A stretch of 64,000 bases of DNA from Candidatus Spongiihabitans sp. (lineage in GTDB: Bacteria > Pseudomonadota > Gammaproteobacteria > Arenicellales > Poriferihabitantaceae): the NCBI GenBank assembly GCA_965261425.1, contig OZ253452.1, forward strand, positions 1,697,160-1,761,159. The letters run 5' to 3'. The notes beneath the pieces are model-generated. The model saw only the letters and a list, made by a program, of their open reading frames with translations. It ran no database searches and was not told the origin of the DNA. Positions 50,237 to 59,972 of the stretch are shown here, piece after piece (positions within the stretch are counted from its first letter, which is position 1; every line of letters begins with the position of its first letter). The position numbers and the translations under genes are program-made.

Positions 50237-51901
50237 ATGCCCGAGATGAATGCAATGTATATGGCGAGAATGCTCAAATATTGGTTGCTTTTTGCGCTGG
50301 TGCTGTACGCAAATGGCGCATCTGCCGCGATACTTTATAGCAATGATTTTCAAAGCGGCAGTACGCATGAGTGGCTGACCGATAGAAAAAATGGCGACAA
50401 GATTGAAATCAGCAATTATCGGCAGAATAAAAGTTTATTGCTCAAGCAAGCTGCCTTTGTGGTAACGCCAATCACTACGAGCGGTTATCAAAATGTTCGG
50501 TTTTCTGCGACCCTATATGGGGTTTCGTTAGAAAAAGGTGGGCAGTGTCGCGCCGAAGTATCTGCTGATGGCGGACAAAGCTGGCATGTGATTGCGCGTC
50601 TAGTGGACGGGCAGGATGATGGTTTAACGCCTGTTTTTGGCAAATTATTCTTAACCGATGCCGATAATCAGGCGCAGGTGCTTTTCCGCTTGCTCAATAC
50701 CGGCGATGCCGCTGAGCGGTGTTATTTTGATAATATAAAAGCAAGCGGTGAACAGCGATATAACCTTGCCCATGGTCGGTATGGAGATGGGCGGTTTTCG
50801 TATTCATTTATTGACAGTGGGCAGGATTTTTCCAGTCCCGTACCAACTCAATATTTTGCTAAACCTGAACATGCGAAACCCGCATCCAATCAGTTTGAAG
50901 GCGTTTTAAGTTACTCGGGTAACGAGCCTCAGCATCTGACATTGGTTGATGATTTGTTTTCCTACCAGCAAGAGAAAGATAAAAAACGCTATGATCAACT
51001 GCCCAATTTTGCAATAGATTTTGTGCAATTTGGTGGTGATTTGATACCCGTCCAGCGGTCTCCACAACAAGCCAGCCATCCGCCAAGTCATCCGTATTGG
51101 GAAATCATGTTTGAGCCGGGCAAGGTTTGGGATGAAGCGGGTGATCGGGGTTATAGTCGTGCCGCCTTACCGTTTGCTTTACAGGAAAAAGGGGCCGACT
51201 GTATCCACAATGGCTTGATGACCTTTTTGTTTAAGAGCGATGGCACGGTCTCTAGAACATTATTTCAAATTGGCAGTGAAACGTGCGCTTATTTCAAGTT
51301 TGATATGTTGGGTTCGCTCAATGTTTCCTATGTCCCGAAAAAACCACCTCATCGTCAGGCGGTCATTGCCGCTTACCAGCAAGAACAGGCACAGCGCTTG
51401 CCGACAAAACCGATTACCGCATTAAAACAGCGTTATCCCAATGTTGATTTGAGCGGGTTTGGTGCTGCCAATGATGTCCATCCAAGCGTTATGACGACAT
51501 ATGGTGTAGTGATTGATGGTATTCACTATGTCGGTGCATGTCAGACACGTTTTGGCGCCTATCCTTATTGCGATGTCATGGATTTGCCGTCCTATTCAAC
51601 GGCAAAGTCTATCAACGCACTGGCATATATGCGGATGTTGAAACTTTTCCCCACGCTTGGGGAGCAGACCATTGCTTCTTTAATCCCTGCCTGTGATGGC
51701 AAACAATGGCATGATGTGAGCATCGAAAATGCCTTGAATATGAGTACTGGCAATTATGTGAGCGATGGCTTTGAAGTCGATGAATACCACAGCTTGCGCC
51801 CCTTTTTCAAAGCCTTAACCCATGCCGATAAAACAACCGCGGCATGTCGCTTTGAACGTCAGGCGAGGCCGGGTAGTAATACCAACGGCCCAAGGATTTG
51901 A
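50237..51901 (+). pseudogene. secreted hypothetical protein, 3' end replaced by an IS630 terminus
   Basis: 554-aa ORF with a signal peptide (LFALVLYANGASA). The N-terminal ~150 aa look like a beta-sandwich/carbohydrate-binding-like module. The C-terminal part contains PSYSTAKSINALAYM (S-x-x-K), reminiscent of beta-lactamase-fold serine hydrolases. The last 7 codons and the stop lie inside the IS630 end, which starts at 51880. Confidence 0.5.
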
Positions 51902-52052
51902 CGCTTTGTGCTTTCCACGGGGAATTTGAAGTGATTCAGTAGTCATCATCATAGGAGGTATTAATGACAGTAGAGATTATGCGAACGGACAAGTCGGCCT
52001 GCGATCTTCGGTGCGCCGCTGCGGCGTGCAGGGACGCGAAAGCGGCCCGACG
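51880..52052 (+). mobile_element. IS630 5'-end fragment (terminus plus first ~29 codons of orfA)
   Basis: TACCAACGGCCCAAGGATTTGAC...ATGACAGTAGAGATTATGCGAACGGAC... matches the reverse complement of about 38978-39150 with a few substitutions. Confidence 0.85.
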
Positions 52053-52231
52053 TTGTGATTGCCGATGGCAAGACCGTTCATAACCACGTTGAGCCAAGCA
52101 CTTCACCGACAACAAAAATTCACTTGGAAACCCGCACCAGATCATCCATGGCGGAGACCATTAACCCGTTATTCAACCAATACTGCTCCATAATGAATAT
52201 AAAAAGGGGACATTTGAGCTTTGGGTTGACA
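52051..52231 (+). mobile_element. ISNCY-like 3'-end fragment fused to the IS630 fragment
   Basis: TTGTGATTGCCGATGGCAAGACCGTTCATAACC...AAAAGGGGACATTTGAGCTTTGGGTTGACA matches about 613-793 of copy A. The junction with the IS630 fragment falls at a shared CG dinucleotide (52051-52052). Confidence 0.85.
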
Positions 52232-52380
52232 TCCATTATGCAAAGGTCTTCAATACTTTGAATCGTCTTATTGACGTTGCCCAAACCGAAAATTTCAATA
52301 TCCTTTTAGTCATTCAGTGGATTCCCTAATCAGTTCGCCTTGCGGTACATTCATGCGCTTATTATGCGAGCGTAAGGCTT

Positions 52381-52878
52381 TCAAATATCAGCAAATAGCT
52401 GGTAAATTTCTGTCGTCGAGACGCTCTCCTTGATGGCGTGTACAAAATAATCGTTATCAAATTTGGTTGCCAGTGTGGCGAGTAAATTCAAATGTGTTTC
52501 ATTGGCTTGGGCAGGAACCAGCAAACAGACTGCGAACCAGATCGGTATGTCATCAGGCGAATCATAATCTATCGGGGTTTCAAGTTTGGCAATCGCAATA
52601 ATCGGCTCCGACAACCCGTCAATTCGGGCATGGGGAAGCGCGATGCCCTTGCCAAGTGCGGTGCTTCCTAATCGTTCACGATCATGCAAGGTGGTGAATA
52701 TTTGCTCGAGTCGTGGTTGATTCTCACTGTCCCCAGAATTACAGATGGTGGCATGAGTAACGATTAACTCGGCGAATTGTTCAAGCAATCGTTTTCGGTT
52801 TGTAACACGCAAATTCACGACCACCAAATTTGATTGCAGGTATTTGCGACTGCTCGGGCTTGGTGTATTGTTGGTCAT
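52381..52878 (-). CDS. ptsN: PTS IIA-like nitrogen regulatory protein PtsN (EIIA-Ntr)
   Basis: 165-aa ORF with the active-site region GKGIALPHARIDG. It is in the conserved position after hpf. Confidence 0.85.
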   Translation of the reverse strand: MTNNTPSPSSRKYLQSNLVVVNLRVTNRKRLLEQFAELIVTHATICNSGDSENQPRLEQIFTTLHDRERLGSTALGKGIALPHARIDGLSEPIIAIAKLETPIDYDSPDDIPIWFAVCLLVPAQANETHLNLLATLATKFDNDYFVHAIKESVSTTEIYQLFADI

Positions 52879-52915
52879 ATCTAATGGTCGGCTGGTCTAA
52901 TAGATTGGATTTTCC

Positions 52916-53239
52916 CTATTCGGGAATTTGTTTTATCGTATCTTCATTGCGGTGGTGATTGCTTCGTTTTTCCTTGTGCTTGATGACTTGTTTGTCCAGC
53001 TTATGTGCCAAAGAATCTATTGCGCTGTACATGTCATCCGCTGTGCTGGAAGCATGAATCATAGCACCTTTTGTATTAACAGTCGCCTCTGCAGTGTGGC
53101 TTGTTTTCTCTACATGAAGAACGACCTTGGTGCTGGTAACGTGATCGAAATGGCGGGTTATTTTTTTTATTTTTTCTGCAACATGGTGATGTAATGACTC
53201 GGTGATTTCCATATGGTGTCCAGTGATTGAGATTTGCAT
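52916..53239 (-). CDS. hpf: ribosome hibernation promoting factor (sigma-54 modulation protein)
   Basis: 107-aa ORF starting MQISITGHHMEITESL, with DKQVIKHKEKR. It lies downstream of rpoN. Confidence 0.9.
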   Translation of the reverse strand: MQISITGHHMEITESLHHHVAEKIKKITRHFDHVTSTKVVLHVEKTSHTAEATVNTKGAMIHASSTADDMYSAIDSLAHKLDKQVIKHKEKRSNHHRNEDTIKQIPE

Positions 53240-53378
53240 AGATTACTCCAAAATTTGATATTCGTTAGTTATTTCCGACTTTCGACAAGTCGGTCGAAGC
53301 GTCATTGCAATCATTTAATTCTCTACCATGATGACCTCCTGACAATAAACCCAGCTTTTAATAGAGATGCCCTTACTG

Positions 53379-54929
53379 TCATATCAAAGACTTGCGTTGG
53401 GATGAGGATGGAATATTCATTTTGTTTCGATATTTTGCGACCGTGCGTCTGGCAACTTGGTAATTCTTGTGCGCCAGCAGGGCGCAAATTTTTTCATCGC
53501 TAATCGGCTTGGTCGGCGATTCGTTTTCAATAATGTGTTTAATTGCCGATTGAATAGCAATCGATGAAGTGGTGTCTCCTGCGGTGTCGTGAATTTGCGA
53601 CGAGAAAAAATACTTCATCTCGAAAATCCCTTGTGGAGCGGATAAATACTTGCCCGAGGTCGCCCGCGACACCGTTGACTCGTGGATGCCCAAAGGTTCG
53701 GCGATGTCGTTTAACGTCATGGGCTTCATTTTTTCGGCACCAAAATGAAAGAAATCTTGCTGTTTTTCGACAATCTGCTGCGCCACAGCCTGTATGGTTT
53801 GGTAGCGTTTTTCCAAGTTGCTTATGAGCCATCGTGCATGTTGAAGTTGTTCTTTCATGGTGCTGAACTCGCCACTAGCGTGCTGGTTCAGCACTTTTTG
53901 ATAGTTCTGATTGATGGTGAGCGTTGGTAAAACCTTGGGGTTCAGGGTTGCCTGCCAGTGATTATCTTTTTTTTGTACCAGTATATCGGCAACGATATAG
54001 TCAACCACCGCATTACCAACACTGTATCCTGGATGAGGATTTAATTGTTGAATCAGTGTTACCGCAACGCGTAGCGTTTTTTCGCTAACGTCAAGCAGCT
54101 TCCGTAGTTTGGAGAATTCTTTATTGGCAAGCAACGGCAAGTACTGAGCGATGATATGCTCGGCAGTTTGATAGCCGGGCAAACTAGGTTCCTTTGCATG
54201 CAATTGCAATGCCAGACATTCTTGCGGGCTTCTGGCAGCAACGCCAACCGGCTCCAGTTTTTGTAATGTCGCCAGCACACGATCAATATCATCCATGCAA
54301 ATCACAGCATGAGTGTAAACAGGCTGGGGCGCATTCAAGGTTTGTTCAATATCCTCCAGACTAACATCAATATATCCGGCTTCATTGATGTTCTGAATGA
54401 GATGATGTGCAATACGCCGGTCGCCTTCGTCGGCAAACAGATGAATCGCTTGTGTGCCTAGTTCCTCCCTGAGCGTTGAGGGTTCTTCCGGAATAATAAA
54501 TTGCGAACCCGAAACATTGTCGGGATCGTTATTGGGGGACACTCTTCGGTAATCACTACTTCGCTGCTCACCGAGTCTTTGATCGATAGGTGCGTAATTT
54601 TGTGGATCGTCCCAAGCGAATTGGTCAGGATCGACAAGTTGATCCAATTGAAGCTGCGCCAAATCTTTTTGATCGGGGTCGGCATCATCGCTAACCCCCA
54701 ATTCAGAAGATGTGGCAGAATTTATCGCGATGCTGTCTTCTGACGCTTCATATTCGCCATCCGCTTGCTCGTTTTCTTCCTTTATTTCCAGCAATGGGTT
54801 GGTTTCATGCGCGTATTGCAGTTCCTCGTGTAACTCCATTGTTGACATCTGTAACAGTCTGATGGACTGCTGTAATTGCGGCACCATAGTCAATTTCTGA
54901 CTTTGTTTCAAACCCAGTGATTGTTTCAT
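53379..54929 (-). CDS. rpoN: RNA polymerase sigma-54 factor
   Basis: The start is taken at MKQSLGLKQSQKLTMVPQLQQSIRLLQMS. It has an acidic region II, an HTH, and the RpoN box ARRTVAKYR. Confidence 0.95.
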   Translation of the reverse strand: MKQSLGLKQSQKLTMVPQLQQSIRLLQMSTMELHEELQYAHETNPLLEIKEENEQADGEYEASEDSIAINSATSSELGVSDDADPDQKDLAQLQLDQLVDPDQFAWDDPQNYAPIDQRLGEQRSSDYRRVSPNNDPDNVSGSQFIIPEEPSTLREELGTQAIHLFADEGDRRIAHHLIQNINEAGYIDVSLEDIEQTLNAPQPVYTHAVICMDDIDRVLATLQKLEPVGVAARSPQECLALQLHAKEPSLPGYQTAEHIIAQYLPLLANKEFSKLRKLLDVSEKTLRVAVTLIQQLNPHPGYSVGNAVVDYIVADILVQKKDNHWQATLNPKVLPTLTINQNYQKVLNQHASGEFSTMKEQLQHARWLISNLEKRYQTIQAVAQQIVEKQQDFFHFGAEKMKPMTLNDIAEPLGIHESTVSRATSGKYLSAPQGIFEMKYFFSSQIHDTAGDTTSSIAIQSAIKHIIENESPTKPISDEKICALLAHKNYQVARRTVAKYRNKMNIPSSSQRKSLI

Positions 54930-55064
54930 AGCATAGTACTCCTCCTTCAATAGGCGTTTTTGATTGGAATTTAATCCAGTTTACCCCAAGCATAATAATC
55001 AAATTTTCATGCTATACTCAGCCAGTTACGATTTTTCTTTTATAGTCTTTCTTTCTCATCACGG

Positions 55065-55790
55065 TTACATCCTGAAATCATTTCCCAGATATACATCGCG
55101 GACTTTTACGTCTGCCATGATGATATTTGGCGTGCCCTCTATCAACACATTGCCGTGGTGCAAAATATATGCTCGGTCGCAAATCCCCAGCGTCTCCCGT
55201 ACATTATGGTCGGTAATTAACACCCCAATTCGCCGTTGTTTTAGTACTTTTATGATGCGTTGAATATCGGCAACCGCAATCGGGTCAACGCCAGCAAAAG
55301 GCTCATCAAGCAAGATGAATGCCGGTTCAAGTGCCAAGGCGCGGGCAATTTCAACGCGCCGTTGTTCGCCACCTGAGAGCTGGATGGTTTGTTTGTCTTT
55401 GAGCCGACTGATGCCAAATTCATCCATTAATTGATTGCTGATTGCCTGTTGCTCGGTTTTGCTGTGTTTTCCTGAAACTTCGAGGACTGCCAGAATATTC
55501 TGCTCCACCGTCAGTTTGCGAAACACCGAATGCTCCTGTGGCAGATAGCCAATGCCTCTACGCGCACGTTCATGCATGGGTAAATTAGTGATGTCGCAGT
55601 CATCAATAGAAATCGTCCCTCGGTCATTGCCTATCAACCCTATCAGGATATTGAAACAAGTCGTTTTTCCAGCACCATTTGCCCCCAACAAGCCAACAAT
55701 TTCATTGTTTGACACGCTCAAATCAACCCCATTTACGATGGTAGTGTGCTTATATTTTTTTACCAGTCCGCGAGCGGATAAAGTTTTCAT
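55065..55790 (-). CDS. lptB: LPS export ABC transporter ATP-binding protein LptB
   Basis: The start is taken at [13 protein letters not shown]. It has Walker [13 protein letters not shown], signature LSGGEQRR and Walker [12 protein letters not shown]. Confidence 0.95.
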   Translation of the reverse strand: MKTLSARGLVKKYKHTTIVNGVDLSVSNNEIVGLLGANGAGKTTCFNILIGLIGNDRGTISIDDCDITNLPMHERARRGIGYLPQEHSVFRKLTVEQNILAVLEVSGKHSKTEQQAISNQLMDEFGISRLKDKQTIQLSGGEQRRVEIARALALEPAFILLDEPFAGVDPIAVADIQRIIKVLKQRRIGVLITDHNVRETLGICDRAYILHHGNVLIEGTPNIIMADVKVRDVYLGNDFRM

Positions 55791-55830
55791 GTTGACGGCA
55801 ACAAGTGAACAGTCGAGGTGATGAACAGGA

Positions 55831-56379
55831 TTATTCAGATTCGAGTAGTGGCTTTTTTTTTGGCTCGATAACCAAGCTTGGTCGGGCGTTATCCGCATTG
55901 GATGCGGAAGCATCGCCGGTTACTTTCGCTTTTTGGGTTGACAGGTCATAGGTAATTATTTGTCCACTCATAGACAAATTTCCCTGAACCACTCGGGCGT
56001 GAGTTTGCACGCTACCTTTTAACGTGACCAACTGTGCGGTCTGATTCATGGTAATTTCCTCTGCAACCCCCACGAGGTCGGTATCCTGATGCTGTGGTCG
56101 TTGACTGAATCGCCCCGGGCTGCCAATGCAAACCGCCTTATCCATCTGTTCGTCATCATTCAGGTAGGTGGTCAATTGCTGGCAATTCAAGCGTAGGCTT
56201 CCTTGCCGAAACACCACATTGCCATGGTAAACTCGCACCCCAGAATTAAAATCTATTTCGAAATCATCCGCTTCCAAAGAGGCGGATTGATTGGCATCAC
56301 TGTCAAGCGCGTAGCCACGCAGGCATAAGCCCAAAAACAGCACCACGAATGACAATACAATGATTAGTTTTGCCAGCAT
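55831..56379 (-). CDS. lptA: LPS transport periplasmic protein LptA
   Basis: 182-aa ORF with a signal peptide and OstA-like beta-jellyroll repeats, between lptC and lptB. Confidence 0.85.
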   Translation of the reverse strand: MLAKLIIVLSFVVLFLGLCLRGYALDSDANQSASLEADDFEIDFNSGVRVYHGNVVFRQGSLRLNCQQLTTYLNDDEQMDKAVCIGSPGRFSQRPQHQDTDLVGVAEEITMNQTAQLVTLKGSVQTHARVVQGNLSMSGQIITYDLSTQKAKVTGDASASNADNARPSLVIEPKKKPLLESE

Positions 56380-56383
56380 ATCC

Positions 56384-56812
56384 TCACTTTTTAAGCCGTA
56401 TGGTCATTTTTTTCACTGCCACCGTATCTATGCCGTTGGCAGTATGCTGAATAACGCGCACATTGTCATTCAATAGCACACGGTCATCATAGAGCCAGCC
56501 GGACTGTGCATAGATATGTTTTGGCGCATTATTTGCATCATATTGGATAATATGTGGATTATCCAGTGAAGCGCGTTCTGCAAGTGGATAATGCACCATG
56601 CGGTCGGTAATGATCTGATATTTTTTACCGCTCTGGTCGATCCCAGTTGCGGTAAATTTTTCAATATAATAATCATAATAATCGGCATCGCTTTTCTGGG
56701 CTACGCTGAGTGTGTCATGCGATTCTGCCAACAAACCAAACTGCAACCAGAGCGACAAAAAAACAAGCACGAGGAAAACCATGCCAAGTAGCAGGTTTTC
56801 TTTGCGCTCCAT
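56384..56812 (-). CDS. lptC: LPS export system protein LptC (short form)
   Basis: 142-aa ORF with a single N-terminal anchor. The call rests mainly on its position immediately upstream of lptA. Confidence 0.65.
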   Translation of the reverse strand: MERKENLLLGMVFLVLVFLSLWLQFGLLAESHDTLSVAQKSDADYYDYYIEKFTATGIDQSGKKYQIITDRMVHYPLAERASLDNPHIIQYDANNAPKHIYAQSGWLYDDRVLLNDNVRVIQHTANGIDTVAVKKMTIRLKK

Positions 56813-56814
56813 GC

Positions 56815-57807
56815 CTAAATGACTCCTGCTCTGAGCAAATCATGGGTGTTCAGTGCGCCAATGACGCGGTGCGTCTCATCGACAACAAACATACCGTTGA
56901 TGGCATGCGGTCCGTGCTGCGCGTATTTCCGCATTGTGGTCACAATCTCTTCCGCCAGCGTATCGGGCTGAATGGTAAACGGCTCGGGACTCATTAAATC
57001 ACTGACCTTGCTCTTGTAAATATCAATTTCCTCCCCCAGCCCGCGGCGAATATCGCCATCGGTAAACATCCCCAAGAGTCTGCCGTCACCATCTACGACA
57101 CCCACCATGCCCAATGATTTTGAGGTCATTTCCAACAGTAATGTATCCATCGTGGCGTGTTCGTCCACCAACGGCAATGCCTCGCCGGTGTGCATTAAAT
57201 CTCGGGCAAACAAAAGCAGGCGTTTGCCCAATACCCCGCCGGGATGTGTGCGGGCAAAGTCTTGTGCAGAAAAACCGCGCAGTTTTTGCACCACCACCGC
57301 CAGCGCATCACCCATGACCAAGGTCGCCGTGGTACTCGCCGTGGGCGCCAGATTATGCGGACAGGCTTCTTTATCCACGCTGACATTGATGCAGGCATCC
57401 GATTGTTGTGCCAAGGTTGAATTAACCTTGCCGGTCATGATGATGAGTTGAACCCCTAGCCGCTTAACGATGGGCACAATAGCAATCAATTCATCGGTTT
57501 CACCTGAATTGGAAATAGCGATAACCAAATCATCGATGGTAATCATACCCACATCGCCGTGGCTGGCTTCACCCGGATGCACAAAGAATGCCGGCGTGCC
57601 GGTACTCGCCAACGTCGAGGCGATTTTCCCACCGATATGCCCGGATTTGCCCATGCCGGTGACCACAACCCGACCGCTGCAGTTTAGAATCAGGTTGCAG
57701 GCATGGTCGAAATGATCATCCAGCCGATCCAGCAAAGCCGTTACTGCCGCCGCCTCAATCTCAATAACAGAGCGAGCATGGCAGGCGGAGATAGTGGGTT
57801 CGGGCAT
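56815..57807 (-). CDS. kdsD: arabinose-5-phosphate isomerase KdsD
   Basis: 330-aa ORF with a SIS domain (VVVTGMGKSGHIGGKIASTLASTGTPAFFVHPGEASHGD) and two CBS domains. Confidence 0.9.
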   Translation of the reverse strand: MPEPTISACHARSVIEIEAAAVTALLDRLDDHFDHACNLILNCSGRVVVTGMGKSGHIGGKIASTLASTGTPAFFVHPGEASHGDVGMITIDDLVIAISNSGETDELIAIVPIVKRLGVQLIIMTGKVNSTLAQQSDACINVSVDKEACPHNLAPTASTTATLVMGDALAVVVQKLRGFSAQDFARTHPGGVLGKRLLLFARDLMHTGEALPLVDEHATMDTLLLEMTSKSLGMVGVVDGDGRLLGMFTDGDIRRGLGEEIDIYKSKVSDLMSPEPFTIQPDTLAEEIVTTMRKYAQHGPHAINGMFVVDETHRVIGALNTHDLLRAGVI

Positions 57808-57995
57808 GGTGGTATGTGTTTTCAGAGACCGAGTATAACAAATTGCAATCGTTTTCTGTTCATTATGTACGAGTCCACCATCTTATTACCCCAATCCGCA
57901 CATAGAAAGCACTAAAAGGTAAGAAGGCTTGGCTGGTTATCACCAAACACAACCATCACCCAATGGGTCGCCAATCTTGCTGGCAACCAAGACTT

Positions 57996-58127
57996 ATGAA
58001 TATTCTACCCTATAAACTCGCGACCACGAATGAGCAATTAACCGCACGATCAGGGTTGCTGACAATGGCTCAACTTATGCAACAACGACAAAACAAAGAA
58101 CACAAGCGACCGGATAGCGGTGTCTGA
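57996..58127 (+). pseudogene. possible N-terminal remnant of an IS1380-like transposase
   Basis: My translation gives MNILPYKLATTNEQLTARSGLLTMAQLMQQRQNKEHKRPDSGV*. The segment TNEQLT.RSGLL resembles the conserved N-terminal ..LTS.AGL.L motif of IS1380-type transposases. This is weak and based on memory only. Confidence 0.25.
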
Positions 58128-58199
58128 AAAATGACTTTTAGGCATTGAACGCAAGATTGGGCACTGTTTGCCTACACATCGCCTGAGTATCGTTATATA

Positions 58200-59972
58200 G
58201 AGTCTGCTCACAAAGTCGGTTTTGGATATTTGAATCTGTCCCAGCCAAGCAATTGGCACAATCCGTACCCGTCCAATCGTAATTGGTGTCGCCAAGTGTT
58301 CGTTATCGACCCTATTAGTCGCCTTATTTTGGGCACAAAAAAGACCTTCAGCAGGATGAGCAGGTTCATGACTAGGAAAATGCTGTTGATCCATGCAACC
58401 GAAGTGTCTGCTCGCTTGGCACGGATGTAATTCAGCCGATAACCGTTCTTTGCCTGACCAAATTTGCCTTCTATTGGAATCCGTTGTAGGTAATCCGCCC
58501 GGCGTTGGGCTTTTAATTGCTTCAACACCTCCCGATTCGCTTCTGTTACCTGTTTGGGTCTGCCTAATGGCTTGCCCGAAAAACGGATGCCCAATCCTTT
58601 CAAGTAGTGCCGGTTCTCTCGACTACCATATATCGGATCACCGATAACGCTTACGGGATAGCAACCATAACGTTCATGGTAACGCTCAACCTGACCCTGC
58701 AAATCATGCCCCTCATGAAACGCATCCCAACTTAAATGATCAACTCGGGATAACCCGTGTGCCGTTAAACTCACGCTCAACTTCGAACCAAACTCAACCG
58801 ACTTACCTTGCTTACCTCGCACAATCGGACGCACATACGGTTGATGAATGCTCACAATCCGATTATCACAGCGACGGCTTTTGTTGCGGTACATCTGCCA
58901 TTGCTGTGCATAGACATGCTGAATGACCCAGTAGTGGTATAGCAGCCTGCGTGACAAAGGCAACGCCGTGCCCATCGGGAAACAATCCATTAAACCCTCA
59001 ATATGACCAAAATTGCGCCGCAAGTATTGCAGTTGTTGCTTGATCGCTCGTTGGGTCGCTTGACGCTTGGGACGACGCTGTTTGACCAACCCGAGAAAAT
59101 CTTTACGTGCTTGGCGACGATAGGTGCGTGGTTTCTGACTGAACTCCGTGTGTGGATACAATTCGTCAATGATCCGTTCCGTCATCTCACGCGCTTCATT
59201 CAGTAAACTTAAATCCGTGGGATACCGTATCGCTTGCTCTGCCACAGTCGCATCGATTATCAACTTACCTTCGTGGCTGGGTGCTTCCACAGTGGTGGCA
59301 GGCGAAATTGGGGAATTATCCTCCCCTTGTGGGTCTTGATTGGGTTTTGGCTCTGGTTTTGGCTCTGGCACGGACTCTGGCTCTGATTCATCACCCGACT
59401 TGTTGGTCTGTGTGGATGCCTTCAAACCATCCTTAACGCTGCGTTGCGGCACGACCTGCGCCTTTTCCACAGCACCAATAATCGCTTGATGGAACACTTC
59501 AAAAACAGTATCCCCCATACGCTTGCGTACTTCAACCAGCAACGAGGGTACAAACGGGACTGATCTTTGATAACCGGCAAGCCCGACAAAGTATTGCAGA
59601 TACGGATTCTCCTGAATCTGACTCACCGTTTCCCGATCAGACAACCCTAGTTTGTGTTTGATGATCACCGCACCGATGACTAAACGAGCATCTTTTGCTG
59701 GCCGACCCCGCTTTGACGAGAGGCTTTTATGATAGCCCTGTGCTAACCCATCCCATGGAATGCACTGACCTAGTTTCACCCAGCGGTTGTGTGCATCAAG
59801 AGCGGTGTGAAACGGCCAGTCAAATTCTGCGATAGTACGTTGGTTGGAATCGTTATAATCAATCATAGCTGCAAGGTTTTAGAGGTTGTTGGGCTGATTT
59901 CCATGCAGAATTATACCACAAAATCACTATTACTTGTTTATATTCAGATAGATATATTTTATGAGCAGGGTC
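58200..59972 (-). mobile_element. IS5-family (IS1182-group-like) insertion sequence, copy 3; 6-bp duplication TATATA
   Basis: Same termini and length as copies 1 and 2. TATATA occurs at 58194-58199 and 59973-59978. Two silent substitutions are seen relative to copy 2. Confidence 0.9.
58208..59866 (-). CDS. IS5/IS1182-type DDE transposase (552 aa, intact)
   Basis: The protein is identical to that of copy 2. Confidence 0.9.
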   Translation of the reverse strand: MIDYNDSNQRTIAEFDWPFHTALDAHNRWVKLGQCIPWDGLAQGYHKSLSSKRGRPAKDARLVIGAVIIKHKLGLSDRETVSQIQENPYLQYFVGLAGYQRSVPFVPSLLVEVRKRMGDTVFEVFHQAIIGAVEKAQVVPQRSVKDGLKASTQTNKSGDESEPESVPEPKPEPKPNQDPQGEDNSPISPATTVEAPSHEGKLIIDATVAEQAIRYPTDLSLLNEAREMTERIIDELYPHTEFSQKPRTYRRQARKDFLGLVKQRRPKRQATQRAIKQQLQYLRRNFGHIEGLMDCFPMGTALPLSRRLLYHYWVIQHVYAQQWQMYRNKSRRCDNRIVSIHQPYVRPIVRGKQGKSVEFGSKLSVSLTAHGLSRVDHLSWDAFHEGHDLQGQVERYHERYGCYPVSVIGDPIYGSRENRHYLKGLGIRFSGKPLGRPKQVTEANREVLKQLKAQRRADYLQRIPIEGKFGQAKNGYRLNYIRAKRADTSVAWINSIFLVMNLLILLKVFFVPKIRRLIGSITNTWRHQLRLDGYGLCQLLGWDRFKYPKPTL

